DNA of 14,875 nucleotides from a virus: UHGV virus genome UHGV-1730466; one strand, 5' to 3'. Shown piece by piece: positions 13,664 to 14,875 of this stretch (position 1 is its first letter; each line of letters starts with the position of its first letter). The notes under the pieces were generated by a model. It saw only the letters and a program-made list of their open reading frames with translations, ran no database searches and was not told where the DNA came from. The position numbers and the translations under genes were made by a program.

Positions 13664-14134
13664 TTATTCTTTGCGTAAGCACTGTGTTTTGATGTAGTCC
13701 TGTAACCCAGTGATCTGAGCGTCTTTCGTTTTTAGTTGTTCTCTGAGGGATAGATAAGCTGATTCAGCTGATTTAGAGAGTTGACAGGTGGCTCCATCAA
13801 TGCGGCTGGCGGTTCCGGTATTACTGTCTGTTCGCATTGGCACGGCGTTGACGCGCAGCCGGATAGTACCGTTATCAATGCCAGTGCGCAGATCGGCAAT
13901 GTCAGATCTGATAGCTTTAATCTCATCGTGATACCTCTTATCAAGTTTTGACAGTTCGGCGTTTCGCTCCTTCATCTGCTGAATAGTGTTACTTGCCGTT
14001 TTCAGTGCGCCTTGCGTGGTCGTTAATTCTTCCTGTAACCTTGTCGCCTCACTCTGGTAATGGCATGTTACGGCTGTAAGGCTGGCAATGATGCAAACAA
14101 CAGCGGCGATGATTAACGTCTTCACCTTGTCCAT
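13664..14134 (-). CDS. Rz: i-spanin (Rz-like), 156 aa
   Basis: N-terminal TM segment (LIIAAVVCIIASLTAV), coiled-coil-like middle, position downstream of the endolysin; contains an embedded lipoprotein ORF in another frame. Confidence 0.75.
   Translation of the reverse strand: MDKVKTLIIAAVVCIIASLTAVTCHYQSEATRLQEELTTTQGALKTASNTIQQMKERNAELSKLDKRYHDEIKAIRSDIADLRTGIDNGTIRLRVNAVPMRTDSNTGTASRIDGATCQLSKSAESAYLSLREQLKTKDAQITGLQDYIKTQCLRKE
13732..13926 (-). CDS. Rz1: o-spanin (Rz1-like) lipoprotein embedded within Rz
   Basis: Embedded ORF with signal sequence and lipobox (LALITVLSGC), Pro-rich mature region (IPEPPAALMEPPV); start taken at the internal Met (MRLKLSDL...); track ORF begins at 13944. Confidence 0.65.
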   Translation of the reverse strand: MRLKLSDLTLPICALALITVLSGCASTPCQCEQTVIPEPPAALMEPPVNSLNQLNQLIYPSENN

Positions 14135-14137
14135 GTT

Positions 14138-14644
14138 TCACCCCTCGCAACCCATCGAAGGTGCATATTCACCATAGAAAAAGTTTTCCGCCAAAATGCG
14201 AGCGGCGATCGCTTCGTCTAGTGAGTCAAATAAACCAATAGATATACGCTTACCTTCATTGTCGGTAATTCTTACTCGCCATTTAGGCTTGCTTCGCTCT
14301 GTTTTGTGGTAGCTAACACCCCTGAATGCAGACAATGTGTGAGTGGCAATATGTTTCTTGTTTCTGCAGTTATGCGCATCATCTGTTTCTCGCAGGTTTA
14401 CTATCCTGTTGTCGGTTTTTATTCCATTAATATGGTCAATGTCCTTTTCGGGCCACACTCCATAATGGAAAAACCACGCAAGGCGATGCGCTTTATATCT
14501 TCCTATGTGTATGTATCCGCTTTTATGCTTACACCCTGCTACGCTTCCGGCCTTGATTCTCCCGTGAGGACTAATCTTATAGGTGAAAATACCTGTCGCT
14601 GGATCGTAGTGTAGCTTTCGTTTTAGTTCATCATCACTTTCCAT
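14138..14644 (-). CDS. HNH endonuclease with AP2-type DNA-binding domain (homing-endonuclease-like), 168 aa
   Basis: HNH motif DIDHINGIKTDNRIVNLRETDDAHNCRNKK; AP2-like segment SAFRGVSYHKTERSKPKWRVRITDNEGKRISIGLFDSLDEAIAAR; sits between the endolysin and spanin genes; divergent paralogue of the 11298-11801 gene. Confidence 0.8.
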   Translation of the reverse strand: MESDDELKRKLHYDPATGIFTYKISPHGRIKAGSVAGCKHKSGYIHIGRYKAHRLAWFFHYGVWPEKDIDHINGIKTDNRIVNLRETDDAHNCRNKKHIATHTLSAFRGVSYHKTERSKPKWRVRITDNEGKRISIGLFDSLDEAIAARILAENFFYGEYAPSMGCEG

Positions 14645-14875
14645 TGGTTACGCCCCATTCACATATAGCACGTTCAATATCGCGACGATTCTTTAAGCCT
14701 TGTATATACCTCCCATTGTCATACACCCAGCGATCCATCTCCTTACACGCTCCCTTAAAGTCGCCTTTGTTTATTTTTTTTAACAAGGTTGATTTTTTGA
14801 AAGCGTCAACCCCGATATTGTATGAAAAGCTAATTAGCGCGGCGCGTTGGTAGTCATTCATGTCAACTTTTACAT
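14634..14875 (-). CDS. Endolysin, GH24 (T4/P22-type) lysozyme, 3' portion only; the gene continues past the right window edge
   Basis: ...YQRAALISFSYNIGVDAFKKSTLLKKINKGDF...GLKNRRDIERAICEW resembles the C-terminal half of P22 gp19 / T4 E-type lysozymes; the frame stays open to the window end. Confidence 0.7.
   Translation of the reverse strand, partial: VKVDMNDYQRAALISFSYNIGVDAFKKSTLLKKINKGDFKGACKEMDRWVYDNGRYIQGLKNRRDIERAICEWGVTNGK

Noticed and set aside
13515-13697. Plus-strand 60-aa ORF in the Rz / HExxH intergenic region
   Set aside because: Arg-rich, no RBS, overlaps the 3' end of Rz on the opposite strand; more likely non-coding regulatory DNA.
1-14875. CRISPR arrays, tRNA or rRNA genes, integrase or att sites
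   Set aside because: No regularly spaced direct repeats, cloverleaf-like sequences or recombinase ORFs were seen by eye in this window.

Overview
This window reads as the late (lysis, packaging, head, proximal tail) region of a tailed phage or prophage, with almost all genes on the minus strand. Reading right to left: a GH24-type endolysin (3' part, runs off the window), an HNH-AP2 endonuclease, the Rz/Rz1 spanin pair, an HExxH-motif protein, five tandem tiny hydrophobic ORFs, terminase small subunit, a second HNH-AP2 endonuclease, terminase large subunit, portal, a Mu F-like minor head protein, a scaffold-like protein, major capsid, head-tail connector proteins and a putative tail tube protein. 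The most unusual feature is that the minor head gene appears to be interrupted in-frame by an intein (Hint blocks A, B, F, G present), inserted inside the conserved N|C(K/R)C motif. Nested on the opposite strand inside that intein is a 285-aa ORF with tandem HTH motifs and a clear DUF559/Vsr-like nuclease motif, a candidate antisense homing endonuclease. The left end holds a terminator-flanked cassette with a plus-strand small membrane protein and a palindromic site, and no tape measure or distal tail genes follow. All calls rest on reading the supplied translations and the DNA by eye; no database search was run.
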